Shown: positions 26,106 through 38,600, counted from the first letter of the stretch. The stretch is 64,000 nt of DNA from Gekko japonicus (GCF_001447785.1 NW_015168655.1:317263-381262), one strand, 5' to 3'. Numbers and translations are program-made. The notes: generated by a model from the letters alone, not told the origin.

Positions 26106-27264
26106 CTTTATTACACTAAAATGACATAAAACACAGTGGAAGATTTTCAGTAGGGAACCTGTGTGTTCCATTTGGCATTAAATAGATTTGATTCACCACT
26201 TACATGTAAATTATCAGTGGAGAGGCTATCATTATCACCGTCTCCTGCCTTTAAGACCAAGTGTTCCTGATACAAACTCTGCCCTACACCTTTCATGTCT
26301 GCTTGACTGTCCAAACAACCAACCTCAAGAAAATGGCTTAAGACATTTTTGTTTCTCCCTCTCCCTGCAAAGACTGTGGTGTTTTCTCCTCCAAAGGGAA
26401 TCAACCCAGATAAGCCCTGCCTTTGGAATGTCTTGCTGCTTGGAGAGGTGAGGAGCAGGTAAACAAACGTTCAATTTATGCTACTCTGAGCTCCTTGAAG
26501 GACATGTGAGATAAAAGTCATGCATAAGGGAACCCAGTGGCTGAGCACTATTTAGCTACTGAAAAGCATCCTTCTGTATATGCCCCCCCCTTCACTAACT
26601 TTTCTTGGCTTCATTTTAAAAGATCATTCTGATAATACATACTTACTAAAACAAAATGCTAGCGATAACTCTTTAAGCATGGGTGGTTTTGCAAAGACAA
26701 ATCAGCAATATATGATAGATTTCCCAAGGCCTTATAACTGACAATCACTTTTGAAAATCATTTAAAGCAGTGAATAATACAGCATTTTAATATAAAATGC
26801 ATGTAACACTTTTTCTGTTACTTTAGATACTGTCACTGATTAAGAGAACAGAGTATACTTGTGTATATGAATACAGATTAATCTAGCCTTGCAAGATCTG
26901 TTTATATATAACGTGTCAAGTCTCCTTTACCGTCTCTGACAACACTTTTTAGAGTCTAATTTTAAAAACATAGCTGTCATGTTAATCAAAGATTATGTGA
27001 CGTTCATCCATGAGAAAGTCTCTGGTTTTAAATGTGTTGCTCGCAAGACAAAGAGCTTTACCATGCAACTTTGCACAAGCAGTCAGTGCGTCATTTAAAA
27101 TGTGCTGAAATCCTTGCAAAGTAGCTACAGTTTGTTTCTGAGATTAATATTATGGATCTCCATGACTCATGTCTCAGATTATGTACTCTGCTTATCTGTC
27201 TGTTTGTTGGTCTTCTGTGCTAGTCTGGCTTCAGAGGACTGGATTGCTGTGTGTGTGTGTGTGT

Positions 27265-28015
27265 GTGTAGTGCCATCAAGTCACTTCTGACTTATGGCAG
27301 CCCGGTGAATTAATGTCCTGGAAAAAGGTCCTATTGTCAGCAGCCTTGCTCAGTCTTGCAAACTGAGGGCTGTGGCTTCCTTTATAGAGATAATCTATTT
27401 TATATTGTGCCTTCCTCTTTTCTTGCTGCCTTCAACTTTTCCTAGTATTATTGTCTCCTCCAGCGAGTCTTGTCTTTTCATAATGTGACCAAAGCACAAT
27501 AGCCTCAGATTAGTCATTTTAGCGTCTAGGGAGAGTTCAGGCTTGATTTGATCAAAACCCCAATTTATTTGTCTTTTTGGCGATCCACGGTATCTGTAAA
27601 CCTCTCCTCCAACATCACATTTCAAAGGAATCTATTTTGTTCCTGTCAGCTTTCTTCTTCATTGTCCAACTTTCACACCCATACCTAGTAATGGGGAGTA
27701 CTATGACATGAATTATCTTGGTCACCAAATCTTTACATTTAAGGATCTTTTCTAGTTCTTTCTTGGCTTCCCTTCCCAGTCTCAATCTTCTGATTTCTTG
27801 GTTGCAGTCTCCCTTTTGGGGAGCCAAGGAATAGAAAATCTTGAACAACTGCAGTTTCTTTATTGTCAGCCTTAAACTTGTATAATTCCCCAGTAGTCAT
27901 TACTTTTGTCTTCTTGATGTTCAGCTGTACTCTTGCTTTGGCACTTTCTGCTTTAACCTTCATCAGCAGTCATTTCAAGTCTTCACTGTTTTCTGCCAGT
28001 AATGTGATATCGTCT
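27265..28015 (-). mobile_element. Degraded RTE/BovB-like LINE 3' fragment
   Basis: LNIKKTKVM, YGCESWTMKK and CFGHIMKRQDSLE motifs; tail ends in a (CA)n tract. Confidence 0.85.
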
Positions 28016-28214
28016 GCTGGATTGCTGCTGGGACACTAACCCTGTATTTTCTGCCTGGGCTAATGGTAGCATCTCTTGGAGTCTGGAAACTGATAGTGTA
28101 GTTCTTAGATTCATCAAAATCATTTGCATTCATGCTGAAGACCACAGTAGGTTTGGACTGTATATTTTTCATTAAGATGCTTGTCTTTATAATTTGATTT
28201 GCATTTTTTTCTAG

Positions 28215-28308
28215 GTTAACTGGCAGCAATTGGATTATCTGGTAATTGACATGCCTCCGGGGACAGGAGATGTACAGTTGTCAGTCTCACAGAATATCCC
28301 AATTGCAG
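28215..28308 (+). CDS. NUBPL: NUBPL coding exon (equivalent to human exon 7)
   Basis: ttttttctag acceptor and gtaacc donor; translates [31 protein letters not shown](G), which holds the Mrp/NBP35 DMPPGTGD motif; 94 bp. Confidence 0.97.
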
Positions 28309-28504
28309 GTAACCGCAGATTTAGATTTTACTAATGTTTTAAGCAACTGAAAATGAAAAAATGTTCAATAGTATGTTGGAAAAAATGAAAACTTGTAGCT
28401 TACAGCCCTCAGTAAATTTCTGCTAATGGGAGGGGGGAGAGTCTTGTGGATTTCTTTTCTCCCTGTGCAGTCCTCCAATTCCCCTCATACACTGTTCCTA
28501 GGGG

Positions 28505-28736
28505 ATAGATCAAGGTGGGTAGCCATGCTAGCCTGTCTGTCGCAGTAGAAAAGAGCAAGAGTCCAGTAACACCTTAAAGACTAACAGAATTTGTGGCAGG
28601 GCATGAGCTTTTGTGAGTCACTGTTCACTTCTTTAGATACCAAATTGAAGTGAGCAGTGACTCATGAAAACTCATACCCTGCAACAAATTTTGTTAGTCT
28701 TTAAGGTGCTACTGGGCTCTAGCTTGTTTCTACTGT
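28505..28736. mobile_element. Penelope pLTR-derived palindrome
   Basis: accttaaagactaac...gttagtctttaaggt arms, with hammerhead-like gtgagcagtgactcatgaaa. Confidence 0.8.
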
Positions 28737-30341
28737 TCCTAGGGGGTCCACTGTTTGTAAGGACAAACATTTCAGAAAGCATTTTAGGCTGTATACAGGA
28801 GCAATGGATAAAGTCCCATTCCGCTGACACATACCTTTCATTAGTGGAGATTTACTGTGGTGCCAAAGTGACATCTCAGTTCAACAGGTAACTTGTGAAA
28901 AAAGTAAGAGCTTGGAATAAAAATATTTATTTTGCACTTGTTAGCCCAAGCCTCCCTTTGCCATGCAAAGAAATTGTATCCTGGGAAGGTTAGGGCCAAA
29001 GTTGGCATAGGGCAAGCCTAGCCCTCTCTGTGTGCAAAGCCAACAAACCCAGAGATGTGCTCAGGATCATCTCTCTCTGACTCAGTCAGCCATCAAGCTC
29101 CGATACAGCAAGCACGTATCTGTCATCGTGAAAGGACAATACTTTAATTTCACCATCTCAAAGGAATCAGCATACTTGCATTCCAGCTCTAAATCTAACA
29201 ATCAAACTTTTCCCCTTGATACTGGGACCATCCTGGTCACTGTCTGTTGTCATCATTGTTCCTTGGATAGGCCAGCCATTAATGGAGCCAAGACTCTGCA
29301 ATTGCCAACGCCTTGCTAACAAAGGCTTCCCTTCCCAAACCTGGACTTCTTTTGTCTAAAGCCCCCTTTTGAGCTATTACTGGCCCTCATGGTCCATTGT
29401 GGACCATTTCCCTATTGTGCCCACTGCCCTGAAGGCACAGTTTTCCTATATTTGGGCTCCAAACACAGCCACCTTTGGTTCAGTCTCCTGGGACGCATAC
29501 TGGCTGGATCCCCCATCTCTCTTGGGTCTTCACATGTGTGCTTGCCGGCCAAACCCATCTTCTCTTCACCATGAACTCTTCTCTTTGGAAGGTAGTATTA
29601 TCCCATCAGTGCTTCTCCCTCTTTCGTCTCTGATCTCTTAAGATCACTTCAACCCTTTATTTCTTTGCTTGTGTCTGTGTGTGTGTGTGATATTTTTATT
29701 AAATTAGCTGAATGTATTAGGGATATTTTCTTAAATAAATTTTGAAAAGATATTTCCTGTCTGTCGTCCGTGCCACTCCGAGAGGGTTCTGACTCTGGTA
29801 TAGTTGGAAACAATCCTTAGCTTATGCACCTATTAAGAAACAGTCTGTTAGCTAAATTCCTCCATCATAACTTAAACATAGACCTGGCGTGGCAGCTAAC
29901 ACACTCGTCCTTTCTAGTCAGATGTGGCTACCAAAGAGGTTTCTTGAGTCACCTTTCCGTCTGCCTGGCTAGGAGAATGGGAGTTGGTATGTAATGGGGT
30001 ATAACCAGCAAGACAATAAGGTTTTCTTAATATTGGCCCAAAATCATATAACCATTTAATTTTCTGCAATCTTCTCGATCCAACATACTAGAATATTTCA
30101 CCAGGTAACATAAGAGGAGTCTAATATTGTTTAAAGAAACGAAGGAATCTTTGTTAATAGAAGGCTTTCAAAAGAGCATCTTCAGAGATTGTGAGAAGGA
30201 GGAAGAAGAGTATTTCTGGCTTTTCAATGGGTTAGGGAGGAAAGAAACATGACTACAAGGGGCCTGGACAAAACAAGCCTAGAAAGAGGTGAGAACAGAT
30301 ATGGCAGCTGTTAGTTTATTTTGCATGTGGCTTTGTTGAAT

Positions 30342-30880
30342 TATTATTATTTTATTATTATTTATTAGATTTCTGAATCACCCATCCCTGCTACTGCAGA
30401 GCCCTGGGCAATGTACAACAATGAATGAAAACATCAGTATAAAAATAAAATACATTAATACCAGTAGATAAATTAAAACTCCAGATGGTGAACTGATCCC
30501 CCCCCCAAGCCATTCTGGACTTCCCAGCCACCTTGTGGGCAGAGGAAGCGGGTGACAAAATGATCTGGAGAGTATTAAAGGGTGCCAGCTAGAGTGGAAA
30601 CTGTTGCTGTCTTCAACCTGATGGCTGAACATTTCCACCTTACAGGGCCTGTGGAATTGCATAAGATCCTGCAGGGCCATAGTGGTGTTCGGCAGAGAGT
30701 TCCACCAGGTTGGGGCCAGGACTGAGAAAGCCCTGACAGAGGACAGCCGGAAATCTTTGGGGCCGGGGACCACCAGTAAATTACTATCCAGAGAGTGTAA
30801 CACTCTCCCAGGGATATACCAGAGGAGACAGTCCTGCAGATATGTCGGTCCCTGCCCACTCAAGACCTTAAAGGTCAACA
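30342..30880 (-). mobile_element. L2 LINE 3' end
   Basis: ORF 30378..30881 (LTFKVL..GPTYL, RAFSVLAPTWWNSLP); (ATT)n tail. Confidence 0.88.
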
Positions 30881-30881
30881 C

Positions 30882-31497
30882 TAGGGGTGTGCAAAAAAAA
30901 AAAAGCGGGTATTTTTTTGCTTTGGGTAAATCAGACCCGAAAAATATTGGTAAATGCCAAATTTCCTCAGTCCAGTACCGGTAAGGTATTTGGATTGGGG
31001 AAATATTTAGTATTTTCGAATATATTTGGGGCTGATTTACACCACTAGAGGGAAAGGAAGCATGTTAAAATGCCTTCTTTCCCGCTGATAACCCCTACGG
31101 ATTTCCCTGTCAATTTCACTCCAGGCTAATCAGCTGAGAGTGAAATTGACAAGGGAAAGCCTCTCTCTGCCTTCCCTTCTCTAGCTGACATGTCCTAGCT
31201 GGAGAAGGGCAGGCAGGGAGCCCAGGCACGTTTAAAATGCCTTTCTTTCCCTTCCCGACCTCGGGGACAGAAAAAAAGGCATTTAGACATGCCCCCCCTA
31301 CACTCTTCCCCGAGTCTCTCCGCAAAAGCAGAGAGGCTCAGGGAAGAAAGGGGGCATGTGTGCATGCCTGCCTTCCCTTCCCCAGCTGGCGAAAGAGGGC
31401 AGGCATGCAGACATGCCTGGGTTCCCCTCCTGATCTTCTCCTGGAGAAGATCAGATGGGGAACTAGGCATGTTTAAAATGCCTTTCTTTCCCTCCCC
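30882..31497. mobile_element. hAT (Ac-like) DNA transposon end
   Basis: Starts TAGGGGTGTGC and has subterminal repeats; a matching terminus GCACATCCCTA lies at 33240-33250. Confidence 0.55.
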
Positions 31498-32470
31498 AAT
31501 CTCCGTTCCATGGCCAGGGCAAAAGCCCAACTGGAATGGGTCCAATACCGATGTGTCATTCAGGAAACCCTGAAGCTGCTTGGCTACCGCTCTCTCAATT
31601 ACTTTGCCCAGAAATAATAAATTCGAAACTGAGTGGTAATTTTCAGGATCAGGAGGATACAGAGTTGGCTTTTTTAACAGCGGTAAAGCCACAGCCTCCT
31701 TGAGACCTTCTGTATAGACCCCTATTTCCAGGGACAGCTTGACAATAGCCATTAGCAATCCCCATGTCCTCTCATCAGCGGCTTTCACCAACCAAGAGGG
31801 ATATGGACCCAGGAGGCACATGGTCGGCCTGCCAGCACCCAGGATCCTGTCAGCATCAGCAGAGGAGAGCAGACTGAAGGTATCAAAAATTGAATCCAAA
31901 GGTGGCCAAGGGGCCTCCAGTTCACATACTGTGTCAATACTGGTGGGTAGTTCCTGATAGAGTGACAAGACTTTGTCCACAAAGAAGCTTGCAATTGTGC
32001 TGGGCATGAGCTAGCAGACGTGATGGAAGCTGAGAAGAAATCCCTCTTCGTTACCTTAACCACCACTTCATAAAATTTCATAAGCATCCTATAAGATGCT
32101 CTTGTAGCTTCATCACAAACCCGCCACCAAACTCGCTCAAGTCATCTGAGTTCTCGTTTCATCTTCCTGAGTTCTACAATATACCAAGGGGATGGTCTAC
32201 AGCAACGATGCAGAGGATGTTGGGGGACAACCTCATTGATGGCTTCAAAGAGACAGGATTTCCAGTCCTATATCAGCTCATCCAATGAGGCACCAGAAAG
32301 CATTGGATCCCGCAAAGCATTCTGGAAACCATTTGGATCCATTAGTCTCTGCAGGTGAGCATAAATTTGCTCGCCACCTAGATCACGGGGAGGGCAGAAA
32401 CACCCAGCAGGGCATTCAGGACTGCATGGTCTGACCATGGCACTTCCTCTTTTGAAGTCAAATCTACATC
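31498..32470 (-). mobile_element. L2 LINE middle fragment (endonuclease end to RT start)
   Basis: ORF 31195..32007 with PLLKKPTL, NYHSVSNL and DPFQLGFCPGHGTE. Confidence 0.88.
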
Positions 32471-32910
32471 CATCCCCATGTCAAAGATCAAATCCAGTGT
32501 GGATTAGACATCCCCATGTCAAAGATCAAATCCAGTGTGGATTAGAGACTGATGTGTGTCCCCCGCGTGGATTTTTGCATGAGCTGCTTTGTGTGGAGTT
32601 TGCTTTTTGTGGTAGATTCTCAGGTTTGACATTACAGTTGATTCTTGGTTTGTATATTGCTCTGATTCTCTGATTTCCATTTATTGGGCTTGCACAGCAG
32701 TCCTGTTCTGTTTGGCTTGGACAAATGACTGGTTTGACATTGGGTTGGATTCTTAGGTCTTGCATTTGATGTATTAGGCTTGCCACATTGTCCTGCAATT
32801 TTGCTGGGATTCCCTGGTTCTGCACTTGACTTTGATTATTCTGTTGGCTTTGAGAGGCTTTTGGCCAGCGGTTGTTTTGCTAGCAATTGCGTCTTTTGCT
32901 ATTCTTTGCC

Positions 32911-33250
32911 CTGGAGAAAGCATAGAACCCCCCCATAGCAAACAATGGAGGATGGCGGGGGGAACCTTGTTCAGGGGCCATAGAATTGAACCTATTGGTC
33001 TAATTCACTTGAAATATCAGGATTATTTAAAGGACAGGCGGCAGCGGCGGCAGCTCCACTGCAATTTTGGTGCAATTTGTTCCAAAAACAGCCCTATGGA
33101 AAGATTTCCCATAAGGAACAATAGAGGCTAATAAAACCGGAGCCTTTGGAAAAAACTTTGATCCGAATACCAAACCAGTATTTGGAACCTGGAAATACCA
33201 ATATTTTTTGGCTCCCTGATATCTGTTTTTTTTCAAGCCGCACATCCCTA
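32911..33250. mobile_element. hAT (Ac-like) DNA transposon opposite end
   Basis: Ends in gcacatcccta; subterminal ccgaatacc-type repeats. Confidence 0.5.
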
Positions 33251-34079
33251 TTCAGGAGGATGCCAGCATTCACAGTTTCATGTCTCATGTAAGGTATTAT
33301 GTATAAGCCTTCTGGGAAGAGAATCAGTGTGTACAATGCATTCTTCTGCATGCATCAATTTAAATTAATGTTAGATAGTCATAAATGCAACTTGACCTCC
33401 ATCTACATGATTGGTTCCTTTAATATTATCCCAGCTACAAAGGCACCTCTTATGTTTGAAGAGCCCATGTGCTAGCATTGCAAATGTTTGGGCCCAGGTT
33501 CCCATGACAGATGTACAAAAGCTATGGGGTGGGCTTGTCATTAGCAAGTTACCTGATCACCATTATCAACTAGTAACTGCAACCAGGTGAAGATTTATGA
33601 GTCATAATTTCTAGCATATCTTCGATTTATGATATATCTATCCTGGCTGTGGTGGCGGAGGGACAGGGGAAATATAGGGAAACGAGGCATGTTTAGGAAA
33701 GCTGCATGGTAACAAGTATGCTTCCCACCACCCCTGACTTTTGTTGATTTGGGGCTATGTAGTGGCAGCTAAGGTAGAAAAGCACCTCCTCCGATGCCAT
33801 GTTTTCAGGGTTCCAAGAGCCTGGAAAGTGAGTCTCTAGCCAGTTATAGGGTTGCCAACTCTGGGTTTGGAAATACCTGTAGATTTGAGGGGTAGAGCCT
33901 GGGGAGGGTGGGGTTTGGGGTAGGGAGGGACTTCAGCAGGGTATAATGCCATACAGTCTACTGCCCAAAGCAGCCATTTTCTCCAGATCTCCAGTTGCTG
34001 CCTGTAGGTTGGCAATACTAATGAGAGGGCCAGGTTTGTTGAAGACTTCAGTGAGATATAATGCCATAGAGCTCACCCT

Positions 34080-34130
34080 GTTGTTGTTCAGTTGCACAGT
34101 CGAGTCCGACTCTTCGCGACCCCATGGACC
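34080..34130 (-). mobile_element. 51-bp BovB/Sauria-SINE 3' tail insertion
   Basis: Reverse complement of the BovB tail at 53265-53312; 12-bp TSD agagctcaccct / agagctcactct. Confidence 0.8.
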
Positions 34131-34592
34131 AGAGCTCACTCTACAAAGCAACAGTTTTCTCCATGGGTACTGATCTCTGTAGTCTGGAGATCAAGTGTAA
34201 TTCAGAGAGATGTCATGGAATCATAGAGTTGGACGGGGCCATACAGACCATCTAGTCCAACCCCCTGCCCAATGCTGTCTACCTGTCTACCTGTCCAGGC
34301 CTTCCCTTTCCCTCCAACCCCTTTCAGTTCAGTTCAGTGATTAACAGTTTAACTGACTCCCTGCTAATGCCCAATGGCCTCTTGGAATTCCCAACTTGGC
34401 AGCTGTAGTTCTAATTCCCTTTGCTATGGTTGCAGTAAGGCCAGCTGAGAACTACAACTCCCAAGGTGCAACGTGTTAAATGTAGGGGTGTAAGAATGGA
34501 GGAGCCAGTGGGACTGGCCAATAGGACACCCTGGCAGCTTCCCCAGTGGCTAATGGGAGAGTAGATGAGTCATTGCCAGCACAGCTTGGCTT

Positions 34593-34603
34593 ACACACAC
34601 ACA

Positions 34604-34634
<31 letters not shown>

Positions 34635-34637
34635 TCT

Positions 34638-34664
<27 letters not shown>
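34593..34664. repeat. (CA)n microsatellite
   Basis: Directly visible. Confidence 0.95.
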
Positions 34665-34668
<4 letters not shown>

Positions 34669-35884
34669 TAAGGCCCATTGGCCTTGGACACTCAGCGTCA
34701 GTTTGCTGTGGCGCCCTCAGCAGGGTATAATGACACAGAGCTTACTGTTTTCTTCAGGGGAACTGATCTCTGCTATCTGAAGAGCAGTTGTGACTCTGCT
34801 TTGTCTGACTTCTGGCCCGGCCCTGGACCGAAGAACCCTGCCTTGCCTGACTTCTGGCACCTGATACTCAGAGCCTGCAAGCCAGTACATGTAATCGATT
34901 ATTTACTTTCACTCCAGAATCCTTCTGTTTTCATTTTATGAAGACCCAGATTAAATATTACTGAGACTCCTACAGTGCAGACAGTCTAATTATTCAGAGA
35001 ATTCTGTGCCTTAAGTGACATCTCTCAAATACACAGTAATAACAGTTTTCAGTTGAGTAGTTTTTGGGGAAAGGACTATGTAAATAAAACTAGCAGTGAC
35101 TTTTATCTGTTGAAGGCAGAGGCATGAATTTCTGCGTGCAGAAATTATGAGCCCACATCAGTATATGTCAAAAGAAGCATAATCCATGCAATGTCTTGTT
35201 CATTCAATCATCCTTACTATATTTCATCTCTGAAAAGTGATTAGGAAAAAAATTATGCATTCTTCTTCAGTAGTGCTGCATCTCGAGTGAATTTCAGTCC
35301 CATTTGCTGATTTTAATGATCAAAATAATTTCATACTTATCAATCTTACTAATCCTGCAGAGGCAACACAGCTTAGGGGAGCAGAGTTTTGACTCTTGTT
35401 TCTCAAGGAGATGACTGAATATTTGAAAAAGGAATCTTTTTCCTACGAGTGAATAAATGAGGTATGTATGGGAAAGAGTAATTTCCTCATATTAGAGAAT
35501 ATGTTGATCCTGTATATTATGGCGGGGGTTGTCTGCGTGGGAGGAGGCGTTGCTCTGTAGAATAATTGATGAGAATAAGAAAGCTTTGGTTTCAAAAATT
35601 TCACTGGGGAGCATGGAATAGTAATGGAATAATGTCAAAGATAGTAAGTAGCTTGGCCTATAGTTTAAAGAATTACTTAATATTCAAATATGTATGCATC
35701 CTTCAGATGCACTTCCTCAAATGCAATGTGAGTTATGCTGGTTATGGTTGACACAGACTAGATCAGAGGTGTCAAACTCATTGGTTATGAGGGCCGGATC
35801 TGACATAAATGTCACTTTGTCGGGCCAGGCCATGTGTGCCATAAAATGTAACACAAGATACCAGAGATATCAATTTTATAAAGA

Positions 35885-36483
35885 TGATTTCAGATGCTGA
35901 ATGGCAAAAGCAGGCGTGATTGGATTAGGTGTGATATGCAGAAGGGTGGAGATATCAGCCTTGGTAATGAGACAGGAAACCTAGGTCTCAGTTTGGTACA
36001 GGAGGATTCAGTCCAGGAGGATGCAAAGAATAAATGGAAATGAGTCTGAAGAAGTGAACTGTGACTCACAAAAGCACATATCCTACCACAATTTTGTTAA
36101 TCTTTAAAGGTGCTACTGGACTCTTTCTACTACTATTAAAAATCACAACATTCAAAAACCAGTGGGGGAACATTTTATCCTTCCAGGGCATTCAGTTGCT
36201 GACCTAAGAGTACCAGTTCTCTGACAAAGGAATTTCAAAGGGAGATTAGAAAGAGAGACTTCTGAATTGCAACTGATAATGAAGCTCAAGACAATGCAAA
36301 CTCCTGGACTGAACTGAGACCTAGGTTTCTTCTCTCATTACCAATGCCTGCTATTGTCATTTAGCATCTGAAATCACATCACTCTCCAAGATATAAGGAC
36401 AGATGGACTCACATTCCAGCTGTATCTGAAGAAGTGAACAGTGATTCATGAAAGCTCATGCCCTGCCACAAATTTTGTTAGTC
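35885..36483 (+). mobile_element. Penelope-like element: GIY-YIG endonuclease C-terminus plus pLTR with hammerhead motif
   Basis: 36138-36347 translates KNHNIQKPVGEHFILPGHSVADLRV..FKGRLERETSELQLIMKLKT..GLN.DLGFFSHY; inverted partial copy at 35885-35995. Confidence 0.82.
36422..36461 (+). ncRNA. Minimal type I hammerhead ribozyme motif (Penelope pLTR)
   Basis: gtat-CTGAAGA-a-gtgaacagtgattcat-GAAA-gc-TC-atgc: core boxes intact, stems I and II can pair, palindromic AGCT stem III. Confidence 0.6.
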
Positions 36484-36525
36484 ATCTCCAGTTTGGTGTA
36501 GTGGTTAGAAGCGTGGACTCTAATC

Positions 36526-36828
36526 NNNNNNNNNNNNNNNNNNNNNNNNNNNNNNNNNNNNNNNNNNNNNNNNNNNNNNNNNNNNNNNNNNNNNNNNNNN
36601 NNNNNNNNNNNNNNNNNNNNNNNNNNNNNNNNNNNNNNNNNNNNNNNNNNNNNNNNNNNNNNNNNNNNNNNNNNNNNNNNNNNNNNNNNNNNNNNNNNNN
36701 NNNNNNNNNNNNNNNNNNNNNNNNNNNNNNNNNNNNNNNNNNNNNNNNNNNNNNNNNNNNNNNNNNNNNNNNNNNNNNNNNNNNNNNNNNNNNNNNNNNN
36801 NNNNNNNNNNNNNNNNNNNNNNNNNNNN
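36526..36828. other. Assembly gap (303 N), followed by (TC)n(CA)n
   Basis: Run of N. Confidence 1.
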
Positions 36829-38099
36829 TCTCTCTCTCTCTCTCTCTCTCTCTCGCACACACACACACACACACACACGTGGAATAAAAGGTCTTAAACA
36901 CAGGACTCTCTCTCTCTCTCATACCCGGAATAAAAGGTTTTTGGTCTTAAACACAGGAGACACTCTCTGTCTCCTTCAAGAAAAAGTGTACTTGCACACA
37001 AAAGCTTATAACTGGAATAAAATATTTTTGGTCTTAAACACAGGTCTCTCTCTCACACACACACATGCTCCCTCTCACTCTTTTCCTCCCTCTCTGTCTC
37101 CAAAGAAGAAAGAGTATGCTTGCGCACAAAAGCTCTTTCTCTTCCCCTCCTCCCTCCCCAGAGGAGGGGGGAGGAGCCCTCGGCCAATCGAGGGAAGGCT
37201 TTTTATCTCTCCTCTGAAGCAGGAAATAGAAGTGATTGACCAGAAGGAGCTGCGATGTTAGAAAAAGGAAGTAGGAAACAGCACAGAGTCAGTTGCTCTC
37301 GGGTCGGACTGGAGGGTTGCAGGGGCCGGATCCAGCCTGCGGGCCGTATGCTTGATACCCCTGGACTAGATCATCATCCGTCTAGAAATACCTTTCTGTA
37401 AACAGGGACAGATACATCTTGGCCTCAGATTCATTCCATAATTGCTGTCTTCATGAAGGAAGTTATTCTTGTGCACTAGCTCCCTATACAAATACATCCA
37501 TGCCACCATAGGCCTAAAATGAGCCCAGTTGGCATGATGGGCCACTTCTCCGGCCCAACCTTCTGTTCTGTATAATCTTACAACCAAGACCTTTGGCTCA
37601 CTTGCTTCCATTTCTCAAATATTTTGGGCTTCTGTACACCTTTTGCAAAATTATGCATACATACAGCCATTTTATATATCACCCCCCTACCCCCCACAAT
37701 TATCTGTTGAGGTATAGACTGAACTGCCTTATAGGAAAAACAGTTTCGTCCTTTCCCTTGATTTTTTGTAAGACATCTTGCACATAAATTTAGGAAAAGA
37801 GTGTGTCAGTACCTACTTCATATAATCCCAACTGAGATGCAGTGTCTTCTGTGCCTCCCACACCAATTGTCTTGTATGAATGGTAGTAGAAGTCCTCATT
37901 GTCCACGTATGAATGTTTTTCATGTCTGAAGTTTAGTCATACTCTGTGTGTGTTTAAATATTCCCACACCTCACGTTCTTCTGGCATGTTTTATGTCCTT
38001 CCTGAAAGCTGAGCATGCCATTTCAGAAAACCAGATGTTCTATGTCTTATATATTGTCTTTATTGTATTGTAGTAGAATAAAGGGTATGTATTATGTAG

Positions 38100-38310
38100 C
38101 AACCCTAATAGCCCAGATTAGCTTGATCTTGTCAGATGTTAGAAGCTAAGCAGGGGTGATACTTGAATGGAAGACCACTAAGGAAGACTGGGTCTGCTAT
38201 GCAGAGAAAGGCTAATGGCAAACCACGTCTGCTTATCTCTTGCCTTGAAATCCCGGTAAGGTAGAACATCATAGCATTGCCAAGAGTTGTTTGTGACTTG
38301 ATGACACACT
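38100..38310 (+). mobile_element. 5S-derived SINE
   Basis: agaagctaagcagggg..acttgaatggaagacc head; tctcttgccttgaaa and gtgacttgatgac tail. Confidence 0.75.
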
Positions 38311-38514
38311 TTACCTTATTATGTTTATATGTGGAATTGCATTAGTTTTTTGTAATGCAGTTCATTATATATGGATCTCTTTCTTCTAGAGAACAAAATA
38401 TCCTAACAATTTCAATGATTGTAATACTGAGGTGGACCAATAAGCAATATTCGAAGCCTTTGTCTATCTTAAGTAGCTGATTGTAATGGTAATGTACACC
38501 TATTCTCTTTTTAG

Positions 38515-38600
38515 GGGCTGTGATTGTGTCCACTCCTCAGGATATAGCTTTACTGGATGCCCGTAAAGGAGCTGAGATGTTCAGAAAAGTGAACGTGCCT
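38515..38600 (+). CDS. NUBPL: NUBPL coding exon (equivalent to human exon 8)
   Basis: ctctttttag acceptor and gtaagc donor; (G)[28 protein letters not shown]; 86 bp, phase compatible with the previous exon. Confidence 0.97.

Larger units (their letters stand above)
35764..37363. mobile_element. Non-autonomous hAT (Charlie-like) element with nested Penelope and SINE pieces; spans the assembly gap
   Basis: TIRs cagaggtgtcaa / ttgatacccctg; perfect 8-bp TSD GACTAGAT (35756-35763 and 37364-37371). Confidence 0.85.

Noticed and set aside
29720-30230. Possible old LINE fragment
   Set aside because: Could not identify diagnostic motifs with confidence
36441-36922. Long ORFs across the gap
   Set aside because: Artefacts of the N run and flanking microsatellites
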